Shown here one piece after another: positions 13,090 through 26,687 of a DNA stretch of 64,000 bases. The notes beneath the pieces are model-generated. The model searched no databases. It saw only the letters and a list, made by a program, of their open reading frames with translations, and was not told the origin of the DNA. The position numbers and the translations under genes are program-made. This DNA comes from Eledone cirrhosa (Eukaryota). The stretch covers positions 356,376,001 through 356,440,000 of the forward strand of contig OZ024742.1 in NCBI GenBank assembly GCA_964016885.1, in the 5' to 3' direction. How positions within the stretch are numbered: position 1 is the first letter of the stretch; every line of letters starts with the position of its first letter.

Positions 13090-14075
13090 TCGAATAAATA
13101 CATATTAGATTAGATGTTGTCTTCCTGTTTCTTCTACAACAACTACAATGGTACGTGATGGGGCCCACCCACAGCCCCGGCGAACAGAATGGAGAAGGTC
13201 TTTCCCCGGAGGACAGCGAGGGAGACATGCTGGAAGAGCCACTCCAACTCACAGGGCACACATCTGTAGCTGGCCAGCTCAGCACCTATGATGGTGAGTA
13301 AGGAGGTAGCCTGGGGCCGAGGACACCAGAAGTCTCCACTGCCAGGGGTATGATTGCAAACCTGTTGGAGAGCGACTGGTATTTGAGGAGTTTGGGCCCC
13401 TCAGCCCAACGTGCAGCAGAACCTGGGTCAGTCGCAAACTGCACCAGGTTTCGGCTGCAGAAAGAGCCGGTGCAAGTGGCATCCCAGACGAGGGGTTTGC
13501 CCCCGCGGAATGGGAAGATGGTCATGCTATCTGGCCTTTTGCCATCCCCTCGATCCAGCCCACCAGCTCAAGCTGGGAAGGGAAGCCTGCAGCGTCCAAG
13601 CCATGCTTAATGACCTCATTGAGGGCAGCATGGTGTGGAATGCTGCCAGCACTGTGGCGACAGGAAAGCGGGTGGAGGCCGAAAGAGTCCACGGTGGAAC
13701 TGCAGCGACATTGGTGTGGCTGGCAGATCCGTCTACTGGGCTAAGTCCCAGCTGGTCCCACATCTCACAGGCGGCCTCACGTTCTCTGAACATAGAGGGT
13801 TCTATTGTGTTTTGAAGAACCCTGCTGACGAGGATGTGGCACGAGGTTACCGATGAAAGATACGCCGGCAAAGCTAATGAGATCGGTGACCAGAGGCAAA
13901 GGCCACCATGCCTGACAGGTAAAGTGGCCTGTTGCCACCCTATGTCGTTAAACTTGACGCTGCATATCTCCTCGGCTGCTGCTCGGATACTAGTATCGAG
14001 GTCAGCGAAGAGTGATGTCTGGGTGTAGCACAGAGCGCTGTGGAGTGTCTGGAGAAGTAGGTTGCTTAGGTTGCT
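13090..14075 (-). mobile_element. CRE-like non-LTR retrotransposon 3' fragment (zinc knuckle plus restriction-like endonuclease), frameshifted
   Basis: GC-rich island. Minus strand reads WQQATLPVRHGGL, HQCRCSSTVDSFGLHPLSC, HHAALNEVIK, DRGDGKRPDSMTIFPFRGGKPLVWDATC, IPLAVETSGVLG and LFQHVSLAVLRG. Confidence 0.85.
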
Positions 14076-14684
14076 ACTTTACTACAAAGACACAATAAAA
14101 TATTGCTCCAACATCTAAGACTAATTCTTACTCAAATGATTGGCAAGAAATTACTCACAGACATTCTATCTCCTAACTCCTACTCTTCTACTGCTACTAC
14201 AGTCACCTCTGGAGGACCTCGTGCCACTAACACTTGGGCTCAGTCAACAAACTCATTTCTTTTCTCTGATCATTCATATTGTTCCTTCCCCCGACCTCAA
14301 GCTAAGCATTATGCCAAGTCCTTATTTTCAAAGTATGATATCTCTTGAAAACCCACCCCCAACCTTACCTCTATTTTTTATTTATCTCTTTATTTATTTA
14401 TTTTATCTGCAGTTGTTTCAAATGGATATTAGTCATATTGATCTCACTATTTCTGAAAAACCTGAAAAATCCATGAAATCAACCATTTTCTGCAGATCAA
14501 ATTTTGAATAAACAAAAGAGAATATATCTTTATAATAAAATAAGGAATGGTAATCTCTGATGACTATTAACTCTTTCATTACCATATTTCCAATGAAAAA
14601 CACTGCATATAATTTTTATATAATTTTGAAAATTTCGAGAATGTTGAGAGACTGCTAACATTATTTTAGAAACAATTATTTAGA

Positions 14685-15120
14685 ATCATCATCATTTAAC
14701 TCTATCTTCTACGCTAGCCTGGGTTAAACGGGAATTGTCCCACTTAAGGCAAGATTGGTCGGGTGACCATGTCGTGCTCGTATAGGACTACCTGGCAGGT
14801 TTTCTATGGCTGGATGCCCTTCCTGACACCAACCACATTTACAGTGCGGACTGGGAGCTTTTTACTGTGTTACGTACATGGCCACATTACAGCATGGTCT
14901 GTGTGTTTTTTTGCCATGACCCCTACATGACCTCATTAATTTGGACTGGATGTTGTGGTACCAACATAACTTTATAGAGAAAGGGTGGTGTTGGTGGAGT
15001 GGGGGGATGTAGTAGGGGTAGTGGGTTGGGGTGTATATTTAGTTAAGAGGTGCCTACTGACTGTAGGTTTCGCTTTGTACATAGGCAAGGCGGGTTATCT
15101 GTATTACTGCGTGACACCAA
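14685..15120 (-). mobile_element. RTE 3'-UTR remnant
   Basis: Collinear with 39100-39550. Similar remnants at ~32078-32290, 33675-33920 and 36200-36615. Confidence 0.8.
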
Positions 15121-17082
15121 AGAATGTAACATAATAAAGGTGCTTACATAAATTTATGGAAAGTTTATAGATGAATATAAAACCTTTAAAAATTTACAAC
15201 TTTTTACTATAGAACCAAAAGCAGTTTCAGCCAGTTTGGTATCAAAACTGTTAAGTCATAACTTATACAACAATCCTTGGCATTCTAATGACAAGCATTA
15301 GAATAAACATTTGCATTCTGAGCATTTAATATGTCAACATTTTCCCTAATTTAGCTAACAAATCTCTATATCCAGTTTTGTGATAATCATGTATAATTAA
15401 ATATTCTACATTGAAACAGACAGTTATTGTATTTTCTTGAAATAGAAAATTTCTTACAAACCCCATTAACACACCAACTGAAATTGAATAAAGAGTTAAA
15501 TGGATAGCCACATAGTTGGCAATATTAATAAAACGTAAATGTTTGCCAGATTTACTAAGCATTTCATGGATATGTAGAGAGAGTAGTGTTAAAGTTTAGA
15601 GAATATGATTATCTAAAATTCTTTATTAGTGCATTTTGTGTAATGCAATTTTTCTCACCTCTCAGATTGCAGCTGTGCTTTTTGGTCCACTGCCAAGATA
15701 ATCTCTACTAAATTTTCCCAATTGTTCTGCCTCTTCTGAACAAAAATAAAACTACTGCATTTCTAATTTTTGCATTATGCAAAGGCAAGAAAATTCTTAA
15801 ACTTTTCCAGTCCACAAAACCGGCCTCACAATCACATGCACATAAACACCACAAACAGTAACAAAATATAAACATACCTCCTATCACTCCACATTTAATA
15901 CAAGTGATTTAATAGTGTGGTTCAATGCACATCAAAGTTATCTCCCTTCACCACTGAATTATTGAATATACCTCGCTCTATTGGGTATTGCAATATACAT
16001 ACCTCTGTATTGCTTATCAGTCTGAATTACAGCTTATGTGATCAACTTCTCAAAGATAATTTCTTACAAACTTCAACAACTATATCTTCTAATTAATCCT
16101 TTAGTTATCAACTCAGCCAAAATTGGCTCTATTTCTATGAAATAAAACCATCCATTTTAAAGGTTTCCAGTTTAAATTTAAATCTTCCAACATCATTTTT
16201 TATAAGAACCTTACATTATATTACTAACGTAATAATGAACTGATTAACAATTTTAGTAAATCCCACAAAATTCTTCATTAATTAACTGAAATAGAGTGTA
16301 TTTCTTTGTCATGCAATCATTAAATGGTTAAATCTTTAGTTACCAACCTGGCCAAAGTTGGCTCTGTATCTATTTTAATGATCTCCTGTTTAAATTAATA
16401 TCTTCTAACATTGAAATAATTTGGGTTCATAATGACATGGGTTCAATTCCTTGACTGGGTTGTGTGCTGCTTTCTTCAGCAAATAGTTTGGGATTTAACC
16501 CTGTGATAGACTGGTGTCCTTTCCCTGGAGGAATCTAGAACTCTCAGTCACTTCACACCATAAAACCGGAATAAGCACCAGCCTTACCAGCCTTCTGGCT
16601 TGAGACAGATTTTAGAACAGTTTCCTTTTCAGAACATTGGTGAAATCAATGATGTAACTCTTAAAATTATCAAACCATGTGATTAAGTATTACACAAGAA
16701 ACCTTTTAGCCAGTTGCATCATTTTAGCATCTCTTGGATCAGATGTATGTACTTAAAGTGTCTTTTTGTTGCACATTTCATCAGCTTTGTTTAACCAAGT
16801 TTTGTGTAAATCTCCCACACTCTTCCTTCAGTACATCAATGAAATACTTACTATTACTTTTAACCACACACATTACTATGTAGATTATATGACCCATCAT
16901 TCTTTTCTAAACATCATCATGCACACACCATATATATTTAAGTCACACTTCTTACATAATAGATATACTGTTTCCATGAATAGATACTTTACAATCTTTG
17001 CTGAATGGGAACATGACAGTTTAATATATTTAACAGAACAAAGGAACAATAGCTACATATACCAAAAAACAGTACTGCACAT

Positions 17083-17283
17083 TAACTGTGATATGCATGC
17101 ATTGTACAATAACTGTCATATGCACACATTACACAGTAACTGTCATATGCACACATTGTACAACAACTGTGATATGCCCACATTACACAACTGTGATATG
17201 CACACATTACACAAATGTGATATGCACACATTGCACAGCAGCTGTGACATGCACACATTACACAACAACTGTGATATGCATGC
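17083..17283. repeat. 24/27-bp minisatellite, about 8 units
   Basis: aactgtgatatgcacacattacac(aac) repeated. Confidence 0.9.
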
Positions 17284-17609
17284 CTGTAAAAACTTCAAAT
17301 ACATTCTATAAATGCTAGATTTCCAACTTTGCTATGATTACTTCTCTCAAACCTAAAGTACTACCAAAACTGACACAAAAAAAACAAGGCTTCCTATTCA
17401 GAGTTAATAAGTAGTTTAAAGCGGAGCTTTTCTTGAGGAAGTTCAGAACTGATCCCCATTAAATAGAAGCTTCCTTATTTAGGACTCAGCTGCTAATATA
17501 AATCACATACACATGAAGAATTTTCAGCTGGATAATAAATAATTGGTCATCAACTCATTACATACATGGCCTAAGAGAGGTGCTCATCAATTTGTTACAT
17601 ACATGCCCT

Positions 17610-17707
<98 letters not shown>

Positions 17708-18480
17708 TCATATCTAGGTAGCCAGTTACTTTAGTGTTGTTTTGGTGAATTAAAGCGAATGTGGAAGGTCTTCTTTCTCTTGATGCAATCAAAGATGCCT
17801 GGATATGAAACACTAGTAACAACCTATGTTTGGGAGACTATGGGTTGTAAATGTAATGATCTTTGAATCATGATCCCACTTACAGATTTACACATGTTTA
17901 CATTTAGATAGAGAGACTCATAAAGGGCCGTAACTCTATGCTGCAAAGCATGGCATCCAACCTTCTACCGATACTGCCAATCCACTGCCCTTCTCTTCCA
18001 ACTAATAATAGAATGTATGTATGGTCCCAAAACTCCTGATAGAGTTGTAGGGGCACCGTATAGCAGATTTCTTCCAGAGAGAGGAAGAATCAACCCCAGT
18101 ACTAGACTGGTACTTCTTTCATTGACCTTGTAAGGATAAAAGGCAAAGTTGACCTCGGCAGGATTTGAACTCAGACAGCAGAAATGAATACCATAAAGAA
18201 TTCTATTTGACATTCTAGCGACTATAATAATAGAATAACATTTTTTTAAATGTTTTAAAACTTGATTATATCAAGAGATATATGTTAAACTTATAAAGAA
18301 TGGATTGCAAAGATACATGTAAATATTAGCTTGGTGAATACCGATACAATGGAAATTTTACAAATAATAATTAGATTTGACATGTTAATAAGAATTAAGA
18401 CTGTTTATGTCTAGAGTGGTTTGGGTTAGGGTTAATAAGAATTAATATTGTTTATGTCTAGAGTGGTTTGCACAGAAATA

Positions 18481-18634
18481 ATGCGATGGTATAACAAGGT
18501 GCCTATTATATTGAATTATTGTGCAAGTTTAGCTAATTAATGTATTGCTTAATAGTTTCAATTGGTATTGTCTGCTATATATTTTCTCTGCAAATTCAGA
18601 ATAATTAACAGATTATCACATGAAATTTTGTCTG
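18481..18634 (+). pseudogene. Pseudo-exon, end of stalk coiled coil 2
   Basis: MRWYNKVPIILNYCASLAN, a +1 shift, then NVLLNSFNWYCLLYIFSANSE*LTDYHMKFCL (cf. RW...V..L......L.GD.LL.AA.I.Y.G.F....R..L...W...C). Confidence 0.5.
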
Positions 18635-18914
18635 TGAGATGCTTAATTTATGCTGGTATCATTCACCTCACTGTATGAAGAAGAGTTCAAAGAGACAAGT
18701 GATAGTCTGCATCATCAAAAGTCTTCAGTGAAGTTGGAAGTTTGATAATGTTGTATGTTTTTGGAAAAACAGGAATCTGACATTTTGTAACCGCTTCTTC
18801 TTCAAAGAGAATTTTTTTAATTCAATTGAAAAACACTCCTAGCAGTGCAAATTCTCATGACAACTCATTTGAATTGGCATGATCATTTTCCCTGCTAGCA
18901 AATCTTTGTCATAA

Positions 18915-19885
18915 CCCTGAGTACCTTTTTGATTTCCATATGTCTAACACACATAGGCATGCCTACATAGTCAGAAAACAGCACAGCTCCCATGACTTTC
19001 GGAAACATTTTTTCACACTGAATTGCTGAAGCATGGAACAAACTACCTGCATCAGTTGTTAGCTGTCAAGACACTGCATCCTTTAAAACCTCCATAGAAC
19101 AAACTACCTGCATCAGTTGTTAGCTGTCGAGACACTGCATCCTTTAAAACCTCCATAGAACAAACTACCAGCATCAGTTGTTAGCTATCGAGACACTGCA
19201 TCCTTAAAACCTCCATGGAACAAACTACCTGCATCAGTTCAGTTGTTAGCTGTCGAGACACTGCATCCTTTAAAACCTCCATGGAACAAACTACCTGCAT
19301 CAGTTGTTAGCTGTCGAGACACTGCATCCTTTAAAACCTCCATAGAACAAACTACCTGCATCAGTTGTTAGCTGTCAAGACACTGCATCCTTTAAAACCT
19401 CCATAGAACAAACTACCTGCATCAGTTGTTAGCTGTCGAGACACTGCATCCTTTAAAACCTCCATAGAACAAACTACCAGCATCAGTTGTTAGCTATCGA
19501 GACACTGCATCCTTAAAACCTCCATGGAACAAACTACCTGCATCAGTTCAGTTGTTAGCTGTCGAGACACTGCATCCTTTAAAACCTCCATGGAACAAAC
19601 TACCTGCATCAGTTGTTAGCTGTCGAGACACTGCATCCTTTAAAACCTCCATGGAACAAACTACCAGCATCAGTTGTTAGCTGCCGGGACACTGCATCCT
19701 TTAAAACCTCCATGCTTCCTGAGATTTGCAAACACTACACCTAATATTCCCCCTCCATACACACGCACACATGTATTTCATGACTCATTCACTTCCCTGA
19801 CATTTGTATATTATTCTATGTACTATACATGCACCTTTGATGAGTTGTAGTGCACCTGAGCACTGTACACAATAATTTCATTATA
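18915..19885 (+). mobile_element. CR1-clade LINE 3' end
   Basis: HDFRKHFFTL-IAEAWNKLPASVVSC.DTASFKTSML (cf. CR1 RKHFFS.RVV..WN.LP..VV.A.S...FK). The 3' UTR ends gttgtagtgcacctgagcactgtacac, which recurs as a ~50-bp stub with an (ATT)n tail at 50666-50717. Confidence 0.8.
19032..19714 (+). repeat. 61-bp minisatellite, 11 units, 309-bp higher-order repeat
   Basis: Unit cat(g/a)gaacaaactacctgcatcagttgttagctgtcgagacactgcatcctttaaaacctc; variant order ABCDE-ABCDE-F. Confidence 0.95.
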
Positions 19886-20004
19886 TTGTAATTGTCATTT
19901 AACGGCTGTTTTTTTCCTGCTAAAAGGTGCAGGACAAATTGTCGTAATCGTCACGATCATCTTTTAATACCTGTATTTCTCTGCAAAGTTGCACAACTTC
20001 GTGT

Positions 20005-21085
20005 TTAGGGGATTCGGCTTACAATTGTAAGGTTGTGAGTTTGATTCCTGGCAGCACATTATTTCCTTGAGCAAGACACTTTATTTCACATTTCTGCAAT
20101 ACGCTCAAACTGTACCTGCAATTCGAATAGCCAGCCTTGTTACATTCTGTATCACACTGAATCTCCCTGAAAACTACATGAAGGGTGTGCATGTCTGTGG
20201 AATGCTAAGCCACTTGCACCTTAATTTCATGAGCAGGCTGTTCTGTTGATCAGAGCAAGTGGAACACTTGTCAACTGACGGAGTGGCTCAGTTCTCTGCT
20301 AAAAGGATATGGATGGGTTGTCACAAAGTTAGTACTGAAGTGGAGCTACTGACGTTTCAGATGAGCCAGAGACCTGCAAATATATAACAATATATAAGAC
20401 GCAGACCAGAATATATTAATATACAGAGACCGGGATATATTAACAATAATAATATATTAATAGACACAGACCTAGATATAATAATATATACTACTTCCTC
20501 AAAACATTTGCACTCAAAATATTAACAACACCATATTTCATATTTCAATACAGGTCTTACATATTCTATCATTTTGGGATGAAAAATAAAACCTGGTTGC
20601 CAACAGCATTTCAATAATTATTTCCAGCTTACTAAAAGATAAAATAAAAATGGAGACTTTATATTTGATATAAATATATACTCTTGTAATTTCTATTTAA
20701 ACTTAGTGTATAGTAAGTAGAGAAATCTCTTTGGCTCTGTCAAACAGTTGGTAAGCTATCAAGTGCTTATGACAAAATAAAATTCACCCAGCACCATTGG
20801 TGGGCCTGGAGCACTTCAGGTGTGAGTTCGATTCCTGGCAGCCAGTTGTGTCCATGAGCAAGACACTTTATTTCACACTGTTCCAGTCCACTCATCTGAT
20901 AATATGAGTTGCACCTGTTGTTCGAAGGGCCAGCCTTGCCACATTCTGGGTCATGCTGAATCTCCCCAAGAACTACATTAATGGCATGCATGTCTGTGGA
21001 ATGCTCAGTCACTTGAACGTTAATTTCATGGGAAGGCTGTTCTGTTGATCATATCAGTTGGAAGACTTGTCATAACTGATAGTGT
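20005..21085 (+). mobile_element. Two CORE SINE copies with a third tail type (~20005-20290 and ~20815-21085)
   Basis: Core followed by gccagccttg...tgcatgtctgtggaatgct...ggctgttctgttgatca. Older copy at ~22285-22535 (-). Confidence 0.75.
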
Positions 21086-22681
21086 ACCAGTAGTAATTTA
21101 AACTATGTAAAATGGTTGGCAATTGAATGGAGACAATATAGTGTTTGAAAGGACTCCCCAGTCTAACTGAGCACATGACAATCTCCCTAGTGTGGGAGTC
21201 ATGATAAAACTCCCCCAAGTGTACCCTGTAAAATGATAGTGCTGGAACAACAATTAAATGCACCCAGTACATTCTGTAATGTGTTTGACATTAATAAAAG
21301 CATCAAGTTATAGCAACTATGCCAAATATGGAACTTGTGAACAAGATGATGACTTTCTGCCCCAACTTATCTCAGTGTGACAACTGATCCAACCCATGAT
21401 AGAATAGAAGGTAGATATAAAATGAGGATTATGATGACGTATAGTTTTAAATTCATTTACGATTACACCTAAATATTCCTTGAGTGAAGACAGAAGCTGT
21501 ATGGTCTTCTGCTCCTAAAACAAATTTACTATTTTTATGTGTCAGTGTCTTTGAAATAATTATGCACAGCTGCAAAGTAAATATGTAATATGCAGTATCT
21601 GACAGATAAAGAGATACAATCATTTTTGAAGACAAAAGTGATGAGATTTGCAGATGAGACAAAGAGAGAGAGTGAGAGGTAGCTTTGAAATATGAAACAA
21701 CATTTGAAAAATATGGGCATTAATAGCTGTGATAAAAATAATTGGCATAGAAGTAAACTATGTGGTACTAAGACATAGAAAGAGTAGCAGTAAGAAGTTG
21801 GTAGATAATTGGTTGTAAGAAATGACAATGAAAGGAGGACAAGAGATATATCAAAGAATTGACATTAATAATATAAACAAATGACAGCTAGGGAAGGATG
21901 AAGACAGAAATTGAAACTTGTAAAACACAATGTGAAATAGACAAATGTGTCATATATGTACACTGCCATGACAAAGTTAACCACCATGTCTACCATTTAA
22001 GGTAAGTTTTACTGGTGCTATAGAAAACAAAAACACCCAGTCCGCCCTGAAATGTGGTAGTAGTTGCACCACAAACAAAAGCTCCAAGTACACAATGTAA
22101 TGTCAACATTAGGAAGGGTATCAAATTGTAGAAAACTAAGCCTAAAGTGGATTGCATAAACAAGACATCAGTACCTCTCCTGATTAGCCTTATAACATGC
22201 CAGCTGGTCAGACCCATGCAAGCAAGAAAAATGGTTATTAAATGGTGACGGTGATGATGATGACAATGATGATGATGATTCAATCAACAGAATCACCTAC
22301 TCATGAAATTAACATTCAAGTGACAGCATCCTACAGACACATGCACATATAACATATTTCAGAGGGAAATTCAGCATGATACAGAATATGACAAAGCTGC
22401 CCTCTTCAATTACAGGTACATCTCATTTGTACTAGAATTGAAATAAAGTGTCTTGTTGAAGAACAAAATGCAGCACCTGGTCTGGGTATCGAATTCACAA
22501 TCATATAATTCTGAGCCAAACACCTTAACCATGCCTGTACAATATATATATGTATCTATAAATACATGTGTTTATGTAGGCATAAATATATATTGACTTT
22601 GACCAACTGAGAATGCTGGAATATTGATTTCACTATATATATTGTGGCCATCAAATACAAAAGATTGTCATATATATATAT

Positions 22682-23043
22682 ATCATCATTTTACATCCAC
22701 TTTTCCCTGCTTGCAAGGGTGGGACGAGTCCTATTCAGCACAGCATCTCTCAACTTGTCACGGTCCTTCGTCATCTCCACCATTAGCTTCACCGATCTGA
22801 GGTCTGCTCTCACCACCTCCGCCCATGTTTTTCATGGTCTTCTTCTATTACATCTTCCTTCTATTGGGATTTCTTTGCACTTCTTTACCCATCGGTCACC
22901 CTCCATGTGCATCACATGTCCATACCATCGCAGTCTCCTCTCTCGCACACTACAACTTATCCCTCTTAAACACAGTTTCTCTCTCAACACATCCATGCTC
23001 TGTCATTCACGCACGTTGACATTACACATCCAATGGAACATGC
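22682..23043 (-). mobile_element. Short-tail RTE 3' fragment inside (TA)n
   Basis: [11 protein letters not shown]...WAEVVRADL...RDAVLNRTRPTLASREK, then the (GAT) tail. Same subfamily at 53578-53735 (+) and ~44810-44980 (+); older copy ~24100-24400 (+). Confidence 0.9.
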
Positions 23044-23079
23044 CTATATATATGTGTGTGTGTGTGTACAAATGTACAA

Positions 23080-23114
<35 letters not shown>

Positions 23115-26100
23115 TATGCAAAAGGCAAACAGAAATAGCAATGCAAACACAGTACAATGAAGAAATATATTATTTGTTTTATGCTTCCTACATTGGATTT
23201 TCACCCTGGAGATGGATTTTTATCCAGACTAGTTGATCTTTTACTTGGAGATCTTATCAGTTGTGTGAAAGGCATGACAACCTCTCCTGAGCACTCGATG
23301 TCAAACAAGGCTGCATGAATGACAATAATTTGAATGACAGTAATTTTCACAAATGCTTTGTCACACTCTTGTTCATCAGTATAATAAATATTATGACTTA
23401 AGTCATTATTGGTGATTGATAATATTCCATGTTACACCAAGAATAATGACACCCATCAGATATTGTTTTGAAGTAGTCTGCAGCACTATTTCTTTATTCC
23501 AGCCCATAGTCAGCCATTTCTAATGCTATGTCCAACTGAACTTAATCACTCTTTCAAAGAATTTGCTAAAGGATCACATTGCCAAGTTAGAACATCTTTG
23601 GTAACACTACCATAACATCATTAAGACCATATATAATATCAAAGGAGTCTGAGATAACATAATCAAGACCATTCTGAGGGCAGTCTGGAAGAAACTTTAG
23701 TCAAGTGCATGTTATGATATCTTGGAATTTGACACAGAAATAATATCTGCATTTATCAACATTTATCAATTCTTCTTTGTGTCATATGATATCTTACACA
23801 ATAGTTAAAGAGACAGATCAAGGTTGGTGAGCGAGACTAAGGCATCATTTCTAGTATTATGTGTTGTCTCCAGGATGCCAGGAAAATATATCAATAATAG
23901 GGTTGAGAAAGCTAATGAAGGTCAGATGCCAAAGTATCAATATAGAAGGTTTATAGGAAAACAATATTTGTTGAAGAACTGTAGGAGTTTGCTCAGCAAC
24001 ATATCCAATATGAGCCTGAAGATTTTACTGTAGAACTAATGATCCCAGAAAGGTTTTACTATTGAATTCCTTCATTAACTACAACACCAATATGCACAAA
24101 TAAACTAAGAGATAAACTCCATATACAAGGGGCCAGCTGTCATGTGATAGATGAAATATGGCAGTAGTATGGATATATGATGAATATAGAGGATGGCAGT
24201 TGGTTGAGGGAAGAATAAGTAATCTGAGTGGCAGAAACCTGCAGAAGACAATAAGAAGAATGGGTGAGGGTTGATCTCCTGATTGAGAGCTACACAGGGG
24301 AGATAACAAAATTAGCATGATGCTGTTTTGGAGAAATAGGCCCTGGCTATGCAAGGACTGCAAAACTGGTGCAAAATGATGATAATGATGATAGTGATAG
24401 TGATGGTGTTAATTATGCTGATGGTGATTGTAATGATGATGTTTAGAAAAATTAAAATAAAATTAATAAATTCTATATATTGCTCTAGTCAATAGCCATA
24501 TTGTTGAGTTGATTTACCTTGTCTATTAACATACTTTGCTTTTAGCTCTTTAGACTTTTGTTTATTTTTGTATAACATACATTTAATGAAGGAATGCTCT
24601 TTTAAGCTATTGATTCTTTTTAAAGACTCTATGATTGTAGCCTCATTTAAAATAAATGAATTTGTTGTCTTTGTATTGTCAAGCTAAAATTAGTTCATCT
24701 GACTAATACATTAGTCAGAAAGTCCAAATGGTTTCTAGCATCTAATCCCTCCACTGTAACTATTCTGAGTCCAATTCTAGCCAGAATTGTCTTTGTATTT
24801 CATCCTTCCTGATTCATTTAGATAGACACAAATAATATATTGATGTAATGTCATTCAATTTCTAGAACTCTCTCAAAAACACGATATCATTTCTCTAGGC
24901 CCTTAATTTTCTTTTTCTTCGCCCACTTCTTCCTGAGAGGGTTGTGGGTGGCAGAGTCCTCAACACTCCTTCCAGCTGTTCTTGTCAGAAGCAACAGTTA
25001 CCAACTGATCCTGCTGGATTCCGAAGCATGATCAGCCACACTCATGGATGTTATCCAACCATCTTGCTCGGAGTCTACCCCTGGGTCTCCTGCCTATTGG
25101 TTTTGCTTCCAAAATCTGTTCAGCAATTCTTTCCTGAGACATTCTAACCACATGTCCAGAGAAGTAGCAGCTCTACCTGGAGTGACTTTCTCATCTCTGA
25201 ACTATACACTGTTTCAAGTAACATTACTCCAAAAACACTTCTAGGTTTACAACACAAATACCATTAATATAATGGGGTTCATTAAGACTAAATCTCTCTC
25301 AATTTCACTAAAAGAAATTGATAACTCAGATGATAACACATTAGACAATAGTAATTTCTTCAGAATAATATCCACAATCCAGATATTGTTATGGATGAGA
25401 AGCATTTCACTTGAATACAATTTCTCTTTATTTGACAAAATCTAAGGTTTAATACCTCTTATCACTATTCTGATGGCATCTAATCCCCAGACCCCACAAT
25501 ACTCACTAGATCCATCCCTTCTTACTAGAGCCTTTATTCTTTTAGAACCCCCACCCCCACCCCACACTCACACTCACACCCAACAGAGGCTAATTTGTTT
25601 TGTACCTCATCAAATAGAATCAATATATTCACAAATCAATATATTCACAATTATATGTTCTTTATTTTAGAAGAAAAAAACAATAAATGGAATAGCTAAA
25701 TAATTTAATAATACAAATTATTTCTTAAGTTCACAAAAATATAATTTAATTTGTAAACCAAAAAAGTTTTAAAACTGCCAAATAGCCTCAGGTTAGCATC
25801 TATTTTAATTGCAGTTTCAAGACAAACATCCTTGAAACATAATTTAAGCTGCTAATTTTTGGTTCTAATTGACTCTTTAAATACTAATATTGAATTAGTG
25901 TAGCTAATGAGCAAAACAAAACAAATATTCAGACTTAATAGTGAGAAATACAGTTGTACTGTTTCTGTACATAATAGGCTAATGAGCACAATTATCTATT
26001 GAATATTTAGACCAGACACTAGGCTAACTTGTGTAAGGCAGGGATATTGTTGAGGCAACTCTAGTAAGTGAAGGACAAACACATACATTACAACAGATGA

Positions 26101-26358
26101 ATTTGAACAAATTTGGAAATTGAAGAAATATTAAATATTGGTAAAAACAACAAGCAGAATGCCAGGGGTAAACCCCAAGCAAGATGGTTGGTCTCACTTG
26201 GGGATCCAGCTGGGTCAGTTCGAAACAGATGCTTCTGACAGTACCTGCTCGAAAGAGAGTTTGAGAGCTCTGCCCCCATGACACACTGAGGAATAAGTGG
26301 GCAAAGAAGAAGAAATACTAATAGGAAGATGAAGCAAAATAATATTGTATGACATTTA

Positions 26359-26687
26359 GTGGTGCCATGATAAAATGGACCCAGTACACACCGTAAAGTG
26401 TTAATGCTGGTGTCATGAAAGAAATGCACGCAATACACTCTGTAAGGTTTTAATGCTGGTGCCATGAAAAATGCACCCACTACACTTTGTAAGGTGTTAA
26501 TGCTCGTGTTATTACAAAATGCACCTAGTACACTCTGTAATGTCTGAATGCTGGTGCCATGAAGAAAATGTACCCAGTACACTTTGTAAGGTGTTAATGC
26601 TGGTGCCATGAAATAATACACTCAAACCACCTTCTAAGGTTGTAATGCTGGAGTCATGATGAAATGTTCCCCAGTACACACTGTAAG
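26359..26687 (+). repeat. About 48-bp tandem repeat (7 units) inside an RTE-tail/SINE element
   Basis: aatgctggtgccatga...aaatgcacccagtacactctgtaaggtgtt repeated before ggcattaggaaaggcatccagcc. Related arrays at ~30895-31070 (-) and ~61965-62180 (+). Confidence 0.85.

Noticed and set aside
16766-17318. His/Cys-rich ORFs resembling a metal-binding protein
   Set aside because: Open frames arise from a 24/27-bp minisatellite; no other gene evidence.
19032-19714. CRISPR-like regular array
   Set aside because: Head-to-tail repeats without unique spacers, derived from CR1 coding sequence; no cas genes; eukaryotic context.
26359-26687. Second CRISPR-like array
   Set aside because: Diverged tandem copies of a SINE/RTE internal module, with no repeat-spacer alternation.
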